Numbered from the stretch's first letter, positions 38,426-48,920 are shown. The stretch is 64,000 bases of DNA from an uncultured delta proteobacterium (GCA_963712115.1 CAVQGX010000030.1:160001-224000), one strand, 5' to 3'. The notes: a model not told the origin generated them from the letters alone. Numbers and translations: made by a program.

Positions 38426-39655
38426 TCACAGTGCGTTATTGTAAAAGGCCACGCTGGCGAAGGTGACAAAGGAACCTTCGTTGTCTACCCTGGTATAGTC
38501 GTAGCGTAGAAGTTCTCCTTCCACCGTCCGCTCTAGTGCTTTTAGCATGGTGTAGAGAGGAGGTAAGCCACAAATCCGGCGCCGATTGCGCTCCCGTATC
38601 AAGGTGGTAGCGAAGGTTTCAGCGTCGGCATTAGAGACAATCTCCAGTAACCTGTGGTCGGCCTCCTTGTGTTCACGCACAGTTCCCGCGTGAGGCCTAA
38701 AGGAATCTCCGTAACGAGGGCCGATATGAGCCAGATCTACACTGGACAGGAGACAAACTGGATGGGGATAGTTATCTATAGTCTCCTTGAGCGCTTGCAC
38801 CGCATGTTGAATGTCATCGGTACGCTGCTCAAGCTCCTCAACCCCAAATGAACAAAGAATTGGCACAATCCGAACCTCAGGAAGCAGGAGTCGAAGAAAA
38901 AGGGCTTGGAATTCAATTGTGTGTTCACGCCGATGAGCAAATTCGTCTGCAAAAAGATCTAACTTGCAACGGCTGGATAATTCACCGATGAATTCTTTGT
39001 CCACAACCACAATGCCTAAGGGGGTTTCAAAGTCCTTGCGACACAAAGCAAAGTAATGGGGCAAAGGTTCATGCCCGGTGCCCAAGACAACGCAGGTGTG
39101 CACAGCATTTGCCTCCACTAATGCCTTGTAAGCATAAGCGAAACAGGGACCACCAGAGCGCAAATCGATATGGGGGGCAATCAGTCCGGCTATAGTTCTC
39201 CTAGGTTCAATGGGACTTGGGTCGCCAGGCCCGCCGCTTTCAGGGGCAAAGAAACTTTTTAGCTGAACCCGAAGATCGTCTCCGTTATTCTCATAGCTGA
39301 GTCCAGCGTGATAGGCTGGACGGGTAGGTTGATTATGAAACTCGGCGGTTAATTGCCGCATGCGGCCGCGGCTGTTCTCATTTTCTAGAAAAAAGTGGGT
39401 ATCCAGTTTTTGCAGGAGACCATCCAAGTTTTCCCTGTAAAGGATACCTCCAAACCTTCTCATGTAGGCGGCTTGAATATCCACTACCGAGTTTGATCCA
39501 TCCATGAGGGTTACTAGAAAGTAGGCCTGGGGACTGAGTATCAAAGTCTCCGGATTGAGACCCTCAAGGTCCCGGAGGGCAATGTATAACTCTTGCCCAC
39601 GGCGAATAGGAATGGCTTCCAAACGATTCCGCAATTTTGGCAACTTTTCACTCAT
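38426..39655 (-). CDS. AmmeMemoRadiSam system protein B (Memo1 family) with N-terminal extension
   Basis: RPAYHAGLSY, IAPHID, EHTIEFQ, SVDLAHIG and ICG motifs. Confidence 0.9.
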   Translation of the reverse strand: MSEKLPKLRNRLEAIPIRRGQELYIALRDLEGLNPETLILSPQAYFLVTLMDGSNSVVDIQAAYMRRFGGILYRENLDGLLQKLDTHFFLENENSRGRMRQLTAEFHNQPTRPAYHAGLSYENNGDDLRVQLKSFFAPESGGPGDPSPIEPRRTIAGLIAPHIDLRSGGPCFAYAYKALVEANAVHTCVVLGTGHEPLPHYFALCRKDFETPLGIVVVDKEFIGELSSRCKLDLFADEFAHRREHTIEFQALFLRLLLPEVRIVPILCSFGVEELEQRTDDIQHAVQALKETIDNYPHPVCLLSSVDLAHIGPRYGDSFRPHAGTVREHKEADHRLLEIVSNADAETFATTLIRERNRRRICGLPPLYTMLKALERTVEGELLRYDYTRVDNEGSFVTFASVAFYNNAL

Positions 39656-40056
39656 GAAAATCTCTTCAATTGGCCTCAATATTGCTATAATCTGCTGGTG
39701 ATGGACTTACCCCGCTCACAAAACCTCAGACCCGGCAGACTTCCTTTGGGGCAATATCTAAGGGGTAGTTTCTCACCAAAAAGTAGACAAGGAAAGCAAT
39801 TATCGCAAAGCGCATAGCGTTTTGAGACGGACGTAGAGTATAGTGAAAAAGAGGAGACGGAGCAATGTTTTTTTGGACAAGGAAAGTGTTTGACTGCACA
39901 AATAAAATGTGTTATTTCAACATTATAAGTCACTTAGCCCAGGTTCAGCCTCGTCAGTGTGAATAATCCTTTTTCGGGCTTCAACTTCAAAGCCAGATAA
40001 ACTTGAGCTATAATTTCCCGGACGGTTGTTCAATGGACCTTATTTGACATCTTATT

Positions 40057-41805
40057 ATGATTAGGAATTTAAACTACAAATTGATCGCCTCAATCCTCCT
40101 GTCATTAGTGTGGAGTTGTGCCCATTATGGACAAAATGTTCCCGTGGGAAATAAGGTTGCAGCCGAAAAACCAGAGATGGAATCCTACCTCACCTCCCGC
40201 AGTGAAGCTTATTACCATTTTATCCGATCACGCCAACTTCTTTACCAGAACCTGGTGAAGGAGGCACTGGCAGAACTTGAACTTGCTGCGGCGGCCGACC
40301 CTGAGGCACCATACCTTTTTGCAGAGCTGGCATCCTTTTACTTGCGCCAGGGTGAGAATGCGAAAGCACTGGCCGCGGCAGAGAGGGCGAGGAATCTAGA
40401 TCCAAGTTCAATCAAAGCAAGAATGATGCTTGCCGGCTTGTACAGCAGTCTTAACCAACCGGAGCTTGCTATTGCAGAATACAAAGGAGTCCTCGAGCTG
40501 AATCCTAAAGAGCAAAAGGCTCTGTTGTGGCTCGCTTCCCTGTACGCCGCCGAGAGTCAATATGCAGAAGCTGCAGATGTCCTAAAAATACTGGTGGAAC
40601 TGGATCCCGAAAATCCGGTGGCAAATTATTATCGTGCCCGAATGGAGCTAGAGCTGAAGAATTATAAAGAAGCTGAAAGCTATTATATGAAGGCCCTGGA
40701 AATCCGTCCGGACCTCGAAATGGCTCTCATGGATTTAGCCTACCTGTACGAATTGCAGAACCGTTATCAAGATGCCGAGAAAACATACAAGAAAATTCTT
40801 GCATTCGATCCAGAGAATAGGCAGGCTCACTCGCGACTGGGAGATCTGTACTTACGGCAGAATAACTACCGTGGGGCCTTGGCCGAGTATCAAAGAATAA
40901 CTGAGCCTGCGGAAAAGGGCCTGGAGATGCGGAGCAAAATCGGCCTCATTCATTTGGAGTTAGGAGAATATGACCAGGCCATAGAAGTATTCAGCGCTTT
41001 GCTGGCAGGACAACCCGATAACGGGCAGATTAGATATTATCTGGCAATAGCCTACGAAGAGAATGGTGATATTGAGGAAGCTTTGGCACAGTTCGAAGCG
41101 ATTCCTTCTGACGGGCCTTATGGAGTTAAATCCAGAATCCATCGTGCCTTCATTCAGGAAAAGAAAGGGGATATAGAAGGGGCCATTGCCACTCTCCAGC
41201 AAGTGATGGCAGATTACCCCGATGAAGAGGATGGTTATCTTTATTTAGGGAACATGTATGAAACGCTCGATCGATTTACCGAAGCGGAGGCAGTGCTCAG
41301 GCAGGGATTGGAGATGGTTCCTGATCGACAGCGGCTTCATTTCCGTCTCGGAGTGGTTTTGGATAAATTGGGGGAACGTCAGGGTAGCATTTCTGAGATG
41401 GAGAAAGTAATAGCCCTGGACCCCAACCATGCCAACGCTCTAAATTACTTGGGATACACTTTGGCGGAGCTGGGAATCAGACTAAAGGAGGCGGAGGAGC
41501 TTATTAAACGTGCCCTGGAAGTGAGACCGGACGATGGCTACATCACTGACAGTCTGGGCTGGGTTTATTTCAAAATGGGCCGCCATGACGATGCGCTTCT
41601 TTACATCCAGAAGGCTCTCGAGAAATTACCAGAAGATCCCCTGATTACGGAACATCTCGGGGATACCTACATGGCTTTGGGCAAATGGCATGAAGCACAG
41701 GAGGCTTATGAGAAGGCATTACGGTTGGGTCACGAAAATCCGGGTCAATTAGAAAATAAAATAGAGAAAAGCAGAAGCAAAGCAAACAATAAGAAGGCCC
41801 GGTAA
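40057..41805 (+). CDS. multi-TPR lipoprotein
   Basis: Signal peptide ending in VWSC; many TPRs; ALNYLGYTLA and YITDSLGWVYF motifs. Confidence 0.9.
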   Translation: MIRNLNYKLIASILLSLVWSCAHYGQNVPVGNKVAAEKPEMESYLTSRSEAYYHFIRSRQLLYQNLVKEALAELELAAAADPEAPYLFAELASFYLRQGENAKALAAAERARNLDPSSIKARMMLAGLYSSLNQPELAIAEYKGVLELNPKEQKALLWLASLYAAESQYAEAADVLKILVELDPENPVANYYRARMELELKNYKEAESYYMKALEIRPDLEMALMDLAYLYELQNRYQDAEKTYKKILAFDPENRQAHSRLGDLYLRQNNYRGALAEYQRITEPAEKGLEMRSKIGLIHLELGEYDQAIEVFSALLAGQPDNGQIRYYLAIAYEENGDIEEALAQFEAIPSDGPYGVKSRIHRAFIQEKKGDIEGAIATLQQVMADYPDEEDGYLYLGNMYETLDRFTEAEAVLRQGLEMVPDRQRLHFRLGVVLDKLGERQGSISEMEKVIALDPNHANALNYLGYTLAELGIRLKEAEELIKRALEVRPDDGYITDSLGWVYFKMGRHDDALLYIQKALEKLPEDPLITEHLGDTYMALGKWHEAQEAYEKALRLGHENPGQLENKIEKSRSKANNKKAR

Positions 41806-41875
41806 ACCGGGACCTGGTTTATTGCCAGACAGGAGAGCCGTGGAGCCAGAGTCAGATCCCTTTTGGTCAAATTAT

Positions 41876-42664
41876 ATGGACATTGTATCGGTGGTGCCCA
41901 GAAGGGTGCTGCTATGCGCTTCCTTCCTCTTTCTTCTCATCGGTTGTGCTAGGGAAATACCCACCTTCGAGCCGGCAGATATGCCGGCCTCTGTGGTTGT
42001 AGAACATCTAGAAAAGGGAAAAGAACAGCTCCGGAGTTTTCGTGCAGTTGGTTCGATTCAGGTTAAGGGGGATAAACAGCGCTGGTCGGGCAGGGCCTTT
42101 TTCCTGGCCCAACTTCCAAGTTCTTTGCGGCTGGAGGTGTTGAGCTTTTTTGGACAGCCAGTCATTTATGCAGCGAGCGATGGTTCCGAATTCCTTGTCT
42201 GGGAGCCCGGTAATAACCGTGCCTATCAAGGGTTAGCTGCCCATGGGACTTTGGCGCGCCTAATCAAATTTCCACTGCATGATCAGGAGGCAGTGCTACT
42301 CTTGGCAGGCCTTGTACCTACCTGGTACCAGGTAGAACAGAAGCTTTTCAAATTGCCGGATAACGGGAGGATGCTGCTGCAATTGGAGGACACTTCTTCG
42401 CGGCTTACACAGAAGGTTTGGCTTGAAGGCGAGAGCCTGGTTGCCACAAAAATCGAGCGTATACGAGGTGGCAAACTAGAGCTGGAGGCTACATTTTCGG
42501 ACTTTATGGACATCGAGGGATGGTTTTATCCCAGAAGCATTGTGATGGAGGGAGCCAAAACCCGCGTCACTATCCGCTATGAGCAAATCGCTATCAATGA
42601 AAGTCTGGATCACAGTGTTTTTCACCTTACTCTCCCTGAAGGGGTAGAGATCATTCCCTGGTAG
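41876..42664 (+). CDS. LolA/LolB-fold lipoprotein (DUF4292-like)
   Basis: Lipobox LLIGC, PSSLRLEVLSFFGQP and a C-terminal F.LTLPEGVEI; follows the TPR lipoprotein. Confidence 0.7.
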   Translation: MDIVSVVPRRVLLCASFLFLLIGCAREIPTFEPADMPASVVVEHLEKGKEQLRSFRAVGSIQVKGDKQRWSGRAFFLAQLPSSLRLEVLSFFGQPVIYAASDGSEFLVWEPGNNRAYQGLAAHGTLARLIKFPLHDQEAVLLLAGLVPTWYQVEQKLFKLPDNGRMLLQLEDTSSRLTQKVWLEGESLVATKIERIRGGKLELEATFSDFMDIEGWFYPRSIVMEGAKTRVTIRYEQIAINESLDHSVFHLTLPEGVEIIPW

Positions 42665-42730
42665 TTCCACACCCAAACTATTTGGCTGTCCTCTCTCCTC
42701 AAAGAGTGGGCAGGTAGCTGTCTAGAGTTG

Positions 42731-43192
42731 ATGCAGCGATTTGTTGCCGATCGCATGCTGGGAAAATTAGCGAAGTGGCTGAGAGTTCTCGGCTATGATG
42801 TAGTCTATTTAAAAACGGCTGCCGAGGAGGAAATTCTCGAGAACCTTCAGGAGGGCCGGACGCTGCTGACAAGAAACCGTAGGGCACGGTTATGGCGAGG
42901 GAAGGGTAGAGTTTTCATGGTAAACGACAATGACCCCAAAATACAGCTGCGCGAGGTAGTAAAGGGTCTGAGGTTGGCGGAGTCGGGTGGTGCTATCTTC
43001 AGTCGCTGCCTAAACTGTAATCGCTTTCTTGACGCAGTCAGTAGAGAAGAAGTCCGTGAGGAGGTACCTGATTACATCTACCAGAGGCAAAAGGAGTTTC
43101 ATCGGTGCAGTGATTGCGGAAAGGTATACTGGCATGGGAGTCATGCAGTGAGAATGCGGCAACAGTTGAGAAAGATACTGGATGCTGGATGA
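42731..43192 (+). CDS. Mut7-C RNase (PIN-like) domain protein
   Basis: FVADRMLGKLAKWLRVLGYD, LLTRN, SRCLNCN and CSDCGKVYWHGSH motifs. Confidence 0.92.
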   Translation: MQRFVADRMLGKLAKWLRVLGYDVVYLKTAAEEEILENLQEGRTLLTRNRRARLWRGKGRVFMVNDNDPKIQLREVVKGLRLAESGGAIFSRCLNCNRFLDAVSREEVREEVPDYIYQRQKEFHRCSDCGKVYWHGSHAVRMRQQLRKILDAG

Positions 43193-43297
43193 TGGAATCA
43201 GGATATTCGATGCTGGATCGCGGTTAGGTACTACCTGTTCTGCAAATTTTAGACATTTTAGATCATTTTAGGCACTTGATTTGTAGGGAGGCCAAAA

Positions 43298-43663
43298 ATG
43301 TCTATGGCAGGAAACCTATTGAATAAATTTTGGCTGTGGCTGTACTCTTGGCTTCGTGCTTCTTTCTATTGGTTCAGCAAAGTAGCAATGGGTGGTAGCA
43401 TCCGATTCCGTCGTCGGCTTCTTAAGGTTAGGGAAAAGAAATCATTGTTGAAAATGGGTCGAAGAATCCATAAGTTGCATCAAGACGGTCAGAATGATTG
43501 GGCTGGAGACAGCAAGGTGAAGGAGATTCTGCAAGTACTTGAGGAGAGCAGTCGGAAGACAGAGGAGCTGAAATCTCGCTTGCAGGAGAGGAAAGACCGT
43601 TATAGGGAGAAGGTTCAGAAACTAAAAAATAAAACATCTAGCCCGAAAGGAATCAAGAGCTAG
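43298..43663 (+). CDS. hypothetical basic coiled-coil protein
   Basis: 121-aa ORF with RBS GGGAGG. Confidence 0.6.
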   Translation: MSMAGNLLNKFWLWLYSWLRASFYWFSKVAMGGSIRFRRRLLKVREKKSLLKMGRRIHKLHQDGQNDWAGDSKVKEILQVLEESSRKTEELKSRLQERKDRYREKVQKLKNKTSSPKGIKS

Positions 43664-43685
43664 GCTGAAGGGGAAAGCTCAAAAT

Positions 43686-43846
43686 CAAATTCGAAATCCT
43701 AAGCACGAAGCACGAAACAAATTCGAAATTCTAATGTTCCAATTCTCGAAACAATACAAATCAAAAATCATTCACAGGAGGTTTTTGTCATTTGGATTTG
43801 GAAAATTTGAATTTGTTTCGGATTTAGATATTCGGATTTAGGATTT
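43686..43846. repeat. heptamer (AAATTCG/AAATCCG) inverted array hairpin between convergent genes
   Basis: AAATTCGAAATCCTAAGCACGAA...ACAAATTCGAAATT pairs with AATTTGAATTTGTTTCGGATTTAGATATTCGGATTTAGGATTT. Confidence 0.7.
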
Positions 43847-43877
43847 ATCCGGATGTTCCCAGTTAAGCATTCCAGAT

Positions 43878-44384
43878 TTATCCAGATATGTCTCCACATT
43901 CACTGGGATCGCCCTGGATTTTGGCCAGAGCGTGCTCGAGGGCCGGGAGAAGTGCTTCCATGTTTTCCTTTGCACCTTTGACGCTACCAGGAAGGTTTAT
44001 AATAAGTGTTTGACCTCTGATTCCCACCACGGCACGTGAAAGCATGGCATGAGGGGTCTTGGCCAGGCTGTTTGACCTCATGGCTTCAGCCATACCTGGC
44101 ACTTGGCGGTCTAAGACCGCAAGAGTGGCATCCGGTGTAACATCCCGTGGACTAACGCCGGTGCCACCGGTGGTGACCACGAGATCGAGGCAGGATTCGT
44201 CGGCTAGATGGCGGAGTCGTTGTTCCAGCAACGGCTGATCGTCTGGCAGAATCTCCAAGTTAGCTATGGAAAATCCTGCCTTGTCCAGAATTTCCCTGAG
44301 CACCGGTCCACTTCGGTCCTCCCGCTCGCCTTTGAACCCTTTGTCACTGATGGTCAATATTGCCGCTCGCCGCATACCCACCAT
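43878..44384 (-). CDS. MogA/MoaB family molybdopterin adenylyltransferase
   Basis: ILTISD, REDRSG, TTGGTGVSPRDVTPDAT, LSRAVVG and INLPGS motifs. Confidence 0.93.
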   Translation of the reverse strand: MVGMRRAAILTISDKGFKGEREDRSGPVLREILDKAGFSIANLEILPDDQPLLEQRLRHLADESCLDLVVTTGGTGVSPRDVTPDATLAVLDRQVPGMAEAMRSNSLAKTPHAMLSRAVVGIRGQTLIINLPGSVKGAKENMEALLPALEHALAKIQGDPSECGDISG

Positions 44385-44398
44385 TTTTCCGCTAAACT

Positions 44399-45301
44399 TT
44401 ACTTAACACCCTTTTTGATTAGAAATCTGTTCGTAGCAGCAGTCAGCACGCTTGAGACACCCTTGCTTTTTGACAGTCTTTTGAGATCTGAGATCATTAG
44501 TGTGCCGATAATTCTGAGTCCAATGGTAAGAGGCGTTTTGGGATTATTTGCCAGAGCCAGGCGGACTTGGTAATTCTTCATCCAGTCCCGGTTACCGGCA
44601 ATCTTTCGAAGTAGCTCCTCTCCCACATTGCGTGAGTTGGCAATGGCGACAATCTCGGGCTCTGTTATCCGTGGACTGTCCAGTACCGCCTCCTGAATCT
44701 GTTTGTTACTGTCCTTGACGAGAATGCTTCGCGCCTCTTTGTCGCCGCTCATGGCGAGCTTGACCTTTTCGGGGACCGGTAGGTCTTGTATCTCTTGATA
44801 GCGGCTTTTGGCCCTTTTCTCCTCCTTTTCCTGCTTGGGTGTTGTAGGGGCACGTTGAGCGATTGTCCTCTCGGCAGCAACTACTAGCTCTTCAGGCAGC
44901 ACTTTGCTCTTGGCTAGGTCTGTGAGGTCTAAGTCCCGGAGGGTGGTTACCAGTTTGAGGGCAAGGGGAAGGGGTGTCTTGGGATTATTCACCAAAGCCA
45001 GACGGACCTGATAATTCTTTAACCATTCACGGTTAGATGCAATCTTGCTAAGTAGAGCAGAGCCGATCTCAGCTGACCTGGCAAAGGCCACTATCTCCAC
45101 TTCAGTGATCCGGGGGCTGTCGATCACCGCCTCCTGGACCTGCCTATTACTATCTCTGACAAGAAGGGCGCGCAACTCTCTGTTGCCCGTTTTTTGGGCC
45201 AATTCTATTTTTTCGGAAACTGGTAAAGCCAGGATCTGCTGGATCCGGCTTTCGCTTAAATGGGCTTTATCATTAGCCGCCGGCTTTCCCGTCTCATCCA
45301 T
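44399..45301 (-). CDS. hypothetical protein made of two tandem copies of a helical (HEAT/LRV-like) domain
   Basis: Internal duplication: LPVSEKIELA...DSNRQVQEAVIDSPRITE...WLKNYQVRLALVNNPKTPL versus LPVPEKVKLA...DSNKQIQEAVLDSPRITE...WMKNYQVRLALANNPKTPL. Confidence 0.8.
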   Translation of the reverse strand: MDETGKPAANDKAHLSESRIQQILALPVSEKIELAQKTGNRELRALLVRDSNRQVQEAVIDSPRITEVEIVAFARSAEIGSALLSKIASNREWLKNYQVRLALVNNPKTPLPLALKLVTTLRDLDLTDLAKSKVLPEELVVAAERTIAQRAPTTPKQEKEEKRAKSRYQEIQDLPVPEKVKLAMSGDKEARSILVKDSNKQIQEAVLDSPRITEPEIVAIANSRNVGEELLRKIAGNRDWMKNYQVRLALANNPKTPLTIGLRIIGTLMISDLKRLSKSKGVSSVLTAATNRFLIKKGVK

Positions 45302-45561
45302 TAGCGCACCCTTTTGCAGGTTGGACTGGACCATGATCCATCCAGGAACTCTGGGTGGACACTAGTCCAAGTTTCCAATTCATAAATAAGCAATTTCCTG
45401 GGTCCCCTGCGGGACTCAGTCTCATCCTTTGGCGGCGGGTTCCCATTTGGCGTTAAGCCAAAAGATTGGGCGGAGCCGCAACGGATCAACCGCATCCCGC
45501 CACAACGGGACCGATTGATCCGCCTGAAGCAGATAAAAACGGTATTTATGAAGGGAAACTA

Positions 45562-47646
45562 CTAGTCTTCTTTCTCGTTTTGAGCCTCTGCTATCAACTG
45601 TTCCTGCAAGTGAGCGGGCACTTCATCATAATGGGAAAGCTTCATAGTGAACATGCCCCGGCCACCGGTTTTGGAGCGAAGGTCAGGAGCATATTTAAGT
45701 ACTTCCGCCATTGGTACGAGGGCTCTCACTATCTGGTTCTTTCCTTTGGAGTCCATACCCAGTACCTTACCGCGTCTGGAGTTGAGGTCGCCGATTACAT
45801 CACCCATATTCTCATCCGGGACCGTCACTTCCACCTCCATAACCGGCTCAAGCAAGGTGGGTTGAGCTTCTGCTACTCCTTTCTTGAAGCACATGGACGC
45901 AGCAATCTTGAAGGCCATTTCTGAGGAGTCAACCTCATGGGATTTACCATCGTAGAAGCGCACTTTGAAATCCACCACTGGATAGCCTGCTCGCACTCCG
46001 GTCTGCATGGCCTCCGCAATTCCCTTTTCTACCGCAGGAACAAAACCGCGGGGCACATTCATGCCCACCAGGGCATTTTCGAATTCAAATCCCGTGCCAC
46101 GATCGAGGGGAGTGAGATCAAAATGAACTTCTGCGAACTGGCCCCGACCGCCAGTCTGTTTCTTATGCCTATAAACGATGCCCTTTGCTGGCTTTTTAAT
46201 AGTTTCGAGGTATGGAACCTTTGGGGGGGAGAGATTCACCTCTACACCGAACTTCCGCTTGAGTTTATCCATGGTAGCCTCAATGTGAATTTCACCCATA
46301 CCGGAGAGAATTGTTTCCTTGGTTTGCTCTTCACGGTGCACCTTTAGAGTAGGATCTTCTTCCATCAATCGAGCCAGAGACGAAAAAATCTTCTCCTCAT
46401 CCCCTCTACTTTTTGGCTGTACCGCCATTGAGACAATAGGCTCCATGGTTCGGATAACTGGGTAAATGATAGGTTTATTCGGATCACAAAGGGTGTCGCC
46501 GGTAAGAGTCTCTTTCAACTTGGCAACAGCAACAATCTCTCCTGGTCCTGCACTCTGGATGGTTTCCTGGTTCTTGCCCTTCATGAGCAGTAGAGCACCA
46601 AACCGCTCTTTTACCTCTTTGTTGGCATTGTAGAAATTGCTATCAGCTGAAAGGGTGCCTGAAAAAATACGCATGACTGTCAGCCGACCGGCATAAGGAT
46701 CGCTAACTGTTTTGATTACTTGAGCGCTCAATGGTCCTCCTGCCTCAGGTTTACGCATTTCTTCTTCTTTGTTTTTGGGGTTTATCCCCGTTTTTTCGCC
46801 GCGTTCCTGAGGGCTGGGAAGACATCGGACAATGAGGTCCAATACCATCTGTGTGCCCATGTTCTTGGTGGCTGAGCTACAGGTAATAGGAACTACCTCA
46901 CCGGCAATGCAGCCGCTGCGCAATCCGTTGAGGAGTTCTTGGTCGGTGAGTTCTTCTCCTTCCAGGTACTTTTCCAGCAAGGCATCATCGGATTCGGCTA
47001 TACGTTCAATTATCTGTTCACGGTGAGTTTCCACCAAATCAGCCATATCGTCCGGAACACTGATCTCTTTTGTTTTGCCGCTTCCATCATCTTGGAACTC
47101 ATAGGCCTTTCCCCTGAGGAGATCTATAATACCCTTGAAAGTCTCGGCCGCACCAATGGGGAGGTGCACCGGGGTAGCCTTGTCACCGAAGATTTCCTTG
47201 ATCTCATTGAACACTTTAAAGAAATCAGCGCGCTCCCGGTCCATTTTATTTATCGCTATTATGCGGGGCAGATTGAAATCATCGGCAAAGTCCCAGACTT
47301 TTTCTGTCTGGACTTTTACTCCATCAATGGCATCAATCACTACCAGCGCTCCGTCAACCCCACTGAGGCAGGTCTGGGTGTCCGCTAGGAAGTTAAAATC
47401 TCCCGGTGTGTCGATGATGGTAATGGGTGACTTCTTCCAAACGAAACTACAAAAGGAGGAACTTATGGTTATTTGCCTGGCAATCTCTTCGGCTTCGTAG
47501 TCTAATATGGAGGTGCCGTCGTCCACCTTGCCCAGCCGTTTGGTATCACCCGTGTTAAAGAGCATCGCTTCTGCCAGGCTTGTTTTTCCTGCACCCCCAT
47601 GGGAAATTATTCCTACTGTTCTCAGATTGGCTATGTCTTTGCTCAT
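45562..47646 (-). CDS. fusA: elongation factor G paralog (EF-G2 type)
   Basis: Full EF-G architecture (GGAGKTS, DTPG, NKMD, GMGEIHIE, KQTGGRGQF, HEVDSSEMAFK) outside the str operon, with divergent switch motifs. Confidence 0.9.
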   Translation of the reverse strand: MSKDIANLRTVGIISHGGAGKTSLAEAMLFNTGDTKRLGKVDDGTSILDYEAEEIARQITISSSFCSFVWKKSPITIIDTPGDFNFLADTQTCLSGVDGALVVIDAIDGVKVQTEKVWDFADDFNLPRIIAINKMDRERADFFKVFNEIKEIFGDKATPVHLPIGAAETFKGIIDLLRGKAYEFQDDGSGKTKEISVPDDMADLVETHREQIIERIAESDDALLEKYLEGEELTDQELLNGLRSGCIAGEVVPITCSSATKNMGTQMVLDLIVRCLPSPQERGEKTGINPKNKEEEMRKPEAGGPLSAQVIKTVSDPYAGRLTVMRIFSGTLSADSNFYNANKEVKERFGALLLMKGKNQETIQSAGPGEIVAVAKLKETLTGDTLCDPNKPIIYPVIRTMEPIVSMAVQPKSRGDEEKIFSSLARLMEEDPTLKVHREEQTKETILSGMGEIHIEATMDKLKRKFGVEVNLSPPKVPYLETIKKPAKGIVYRHKKQTGGRGQFAEVHFDLTPLDRGTGFEFENALVGMNVPRGFVPAVEKGIAEAMQTGVRAGYPVVDFKVRFYDGKSHEVDSSEMAFKIAASMCFKKGVAEAQPTLLEPVMEVEVTVPDENMGDVIGDLNSRRGKVLGMDSKGKNQIVRALVPMAEVLKYAPDLRSKTGGRGMFTMKLSHYDEVPAHLQEQLIAEAQNEKED

Positions 47647-47975
47647 GGACACTCCTCTCCGGCGCTATTTTATATTAGAGTATGCTTTTTAGGGCGATTG
47701 ACGAGCCTTTGGGATTGGATTCTGAATACGGAAGGGTATTCACAGGTAAACTGGTCCGTCTTATGTCGCCTTACTTCTTTCTACTGATAAGGAGTTGTTA
47801 CCACATTTCAAAACAGGTTTTGCCTGGCAAAGCGTGGCAAAGAGGTAACAAATGAAATTACCTCAGCGCAGAAATCAAAGTCAAGAAAAAGTTTGGCACC
47901 CACTTTTTCGTTGATTCTTTTTCTGGCACTGTGCTAAATATCAAGTTTTCCACTATTTATCTGGAGATAGCCGCA

Positions 47976-48920
47976 GTGAAGAAAGCACTTCAGGACTTTC
48001 TCAGATACCTCAGGGTGGAGAAAAATTACTCTGGCCACACCTTGAGAAATTATGAGAGCGATCTTCACCAGTTTATCGGCTTCCTGGGCGATAGGAGCGA
48101 GCGGAAGAGTTCATCAGATCGGATCGTTCCGCAACAGGTAGGCCATTTAGATGTTCGTGCTTATCTGGCTTCACTCTACCGGCGAAATGCCAAAAGTTCT
48201 GTGGCGCGGAAGCTGTCTGCACTCAGATCTTTTTTTGCCTACCTGGTCAGACAGGGGGAGATTAAACAGAATCCCGCAGACATGGTCTCCGCCCCTAAGA
48301 TGGGGAAGGCCATTCCCGATTTTTTGCAGGTAGATGAAACCTTCCAGCTCATGCACGGTCCAGAGGGTGATAATTTGCTGGGAAGTCGCGACCGGGCCAT
48401 TCTTGAAGTCTTATATTCGTGCGGCCTGAGGGTCAGTGAACTGACAGCCTTGAATTTGGATAATGTTGACCTCGAATTGGGAATTATTCGGGTCATGGGC
48501 AAGGGAAGCAGGGAGAGGGTAGTACCCGTCGGCAGCAAAGCAATAGAGGCACTTTCCGGCTATATGCAAAGAAGAGGGGAATTGCTGGGCATGCAGGTGG
48601 AACACGGCGCAATATTTCTAAACAATCGTGGCGGTCGCTTGAGTTCCAGGAGTGTGGCTCGGTTGCTGAAGAAACACATGCAGAGATGTAATATAGGAAG
48701 GCCGCTGAGTCCCCACGGACTCCGGCATAGCTTCGCTACTCATTTGCTCGATGCGGGAGCCGACCTTAGGGCCGTGCAGGAAATGTTGGGCCACGTCAGT
48801 CTATCTACCACGCAGCGTTACACTCATCTGAGTGTAGACAAGCTCATGGCTGAGTACGACAAGGCACACCCGCGCAGCCGGCTGCAGAAGGTGAAGGAAC
48901 CAAAAACAGGGGAAGATTAG
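47976..48920 (+). CDS. xerC: tyrosine recombinase XerC
   Basis: RKLSALRSFF, YSCGLRVSEL, GKGSRER, HGLRHSFATHLL, LGHVSLSTTQRYTH; upstream of hslVU. Confidence 0.88.
   Translation: MKKALQDFLRYLRVEKNYSGHTLRNYESDLHQFIGFLGDRSERKSSSDRIVPQQVGHLDVRAYLASLYRRNAKSSVARKLSALRSFFAYLVRQGEIKQNPADMVSAPKMGKAIPDFLQVDETFQLMHGPEGDNLLGSRDRAILEVLYSCGLRVSELTALNLDNVDLELGIIRVMGKGSRERVVPVGSKAIEALSGYMQRRGELLGMQVEHGAIFLNNRGGRLSSRSVARLLKKHMQRCNIGRPLSPHGLRHSFATHLLDAGADLRAVQEMLGHVSLSTTQRYTHLSVDKLMAEYDKAHPRSRLQKVKEPKTGED

Noticed and set aside
47976-48920. Tyrosine recombinase as a possible phage or island integrase
   Set aside because: It has XerC-type sequence and the conserved xerC-hslV-hslU-argB context, with no att sites or cargo genes.
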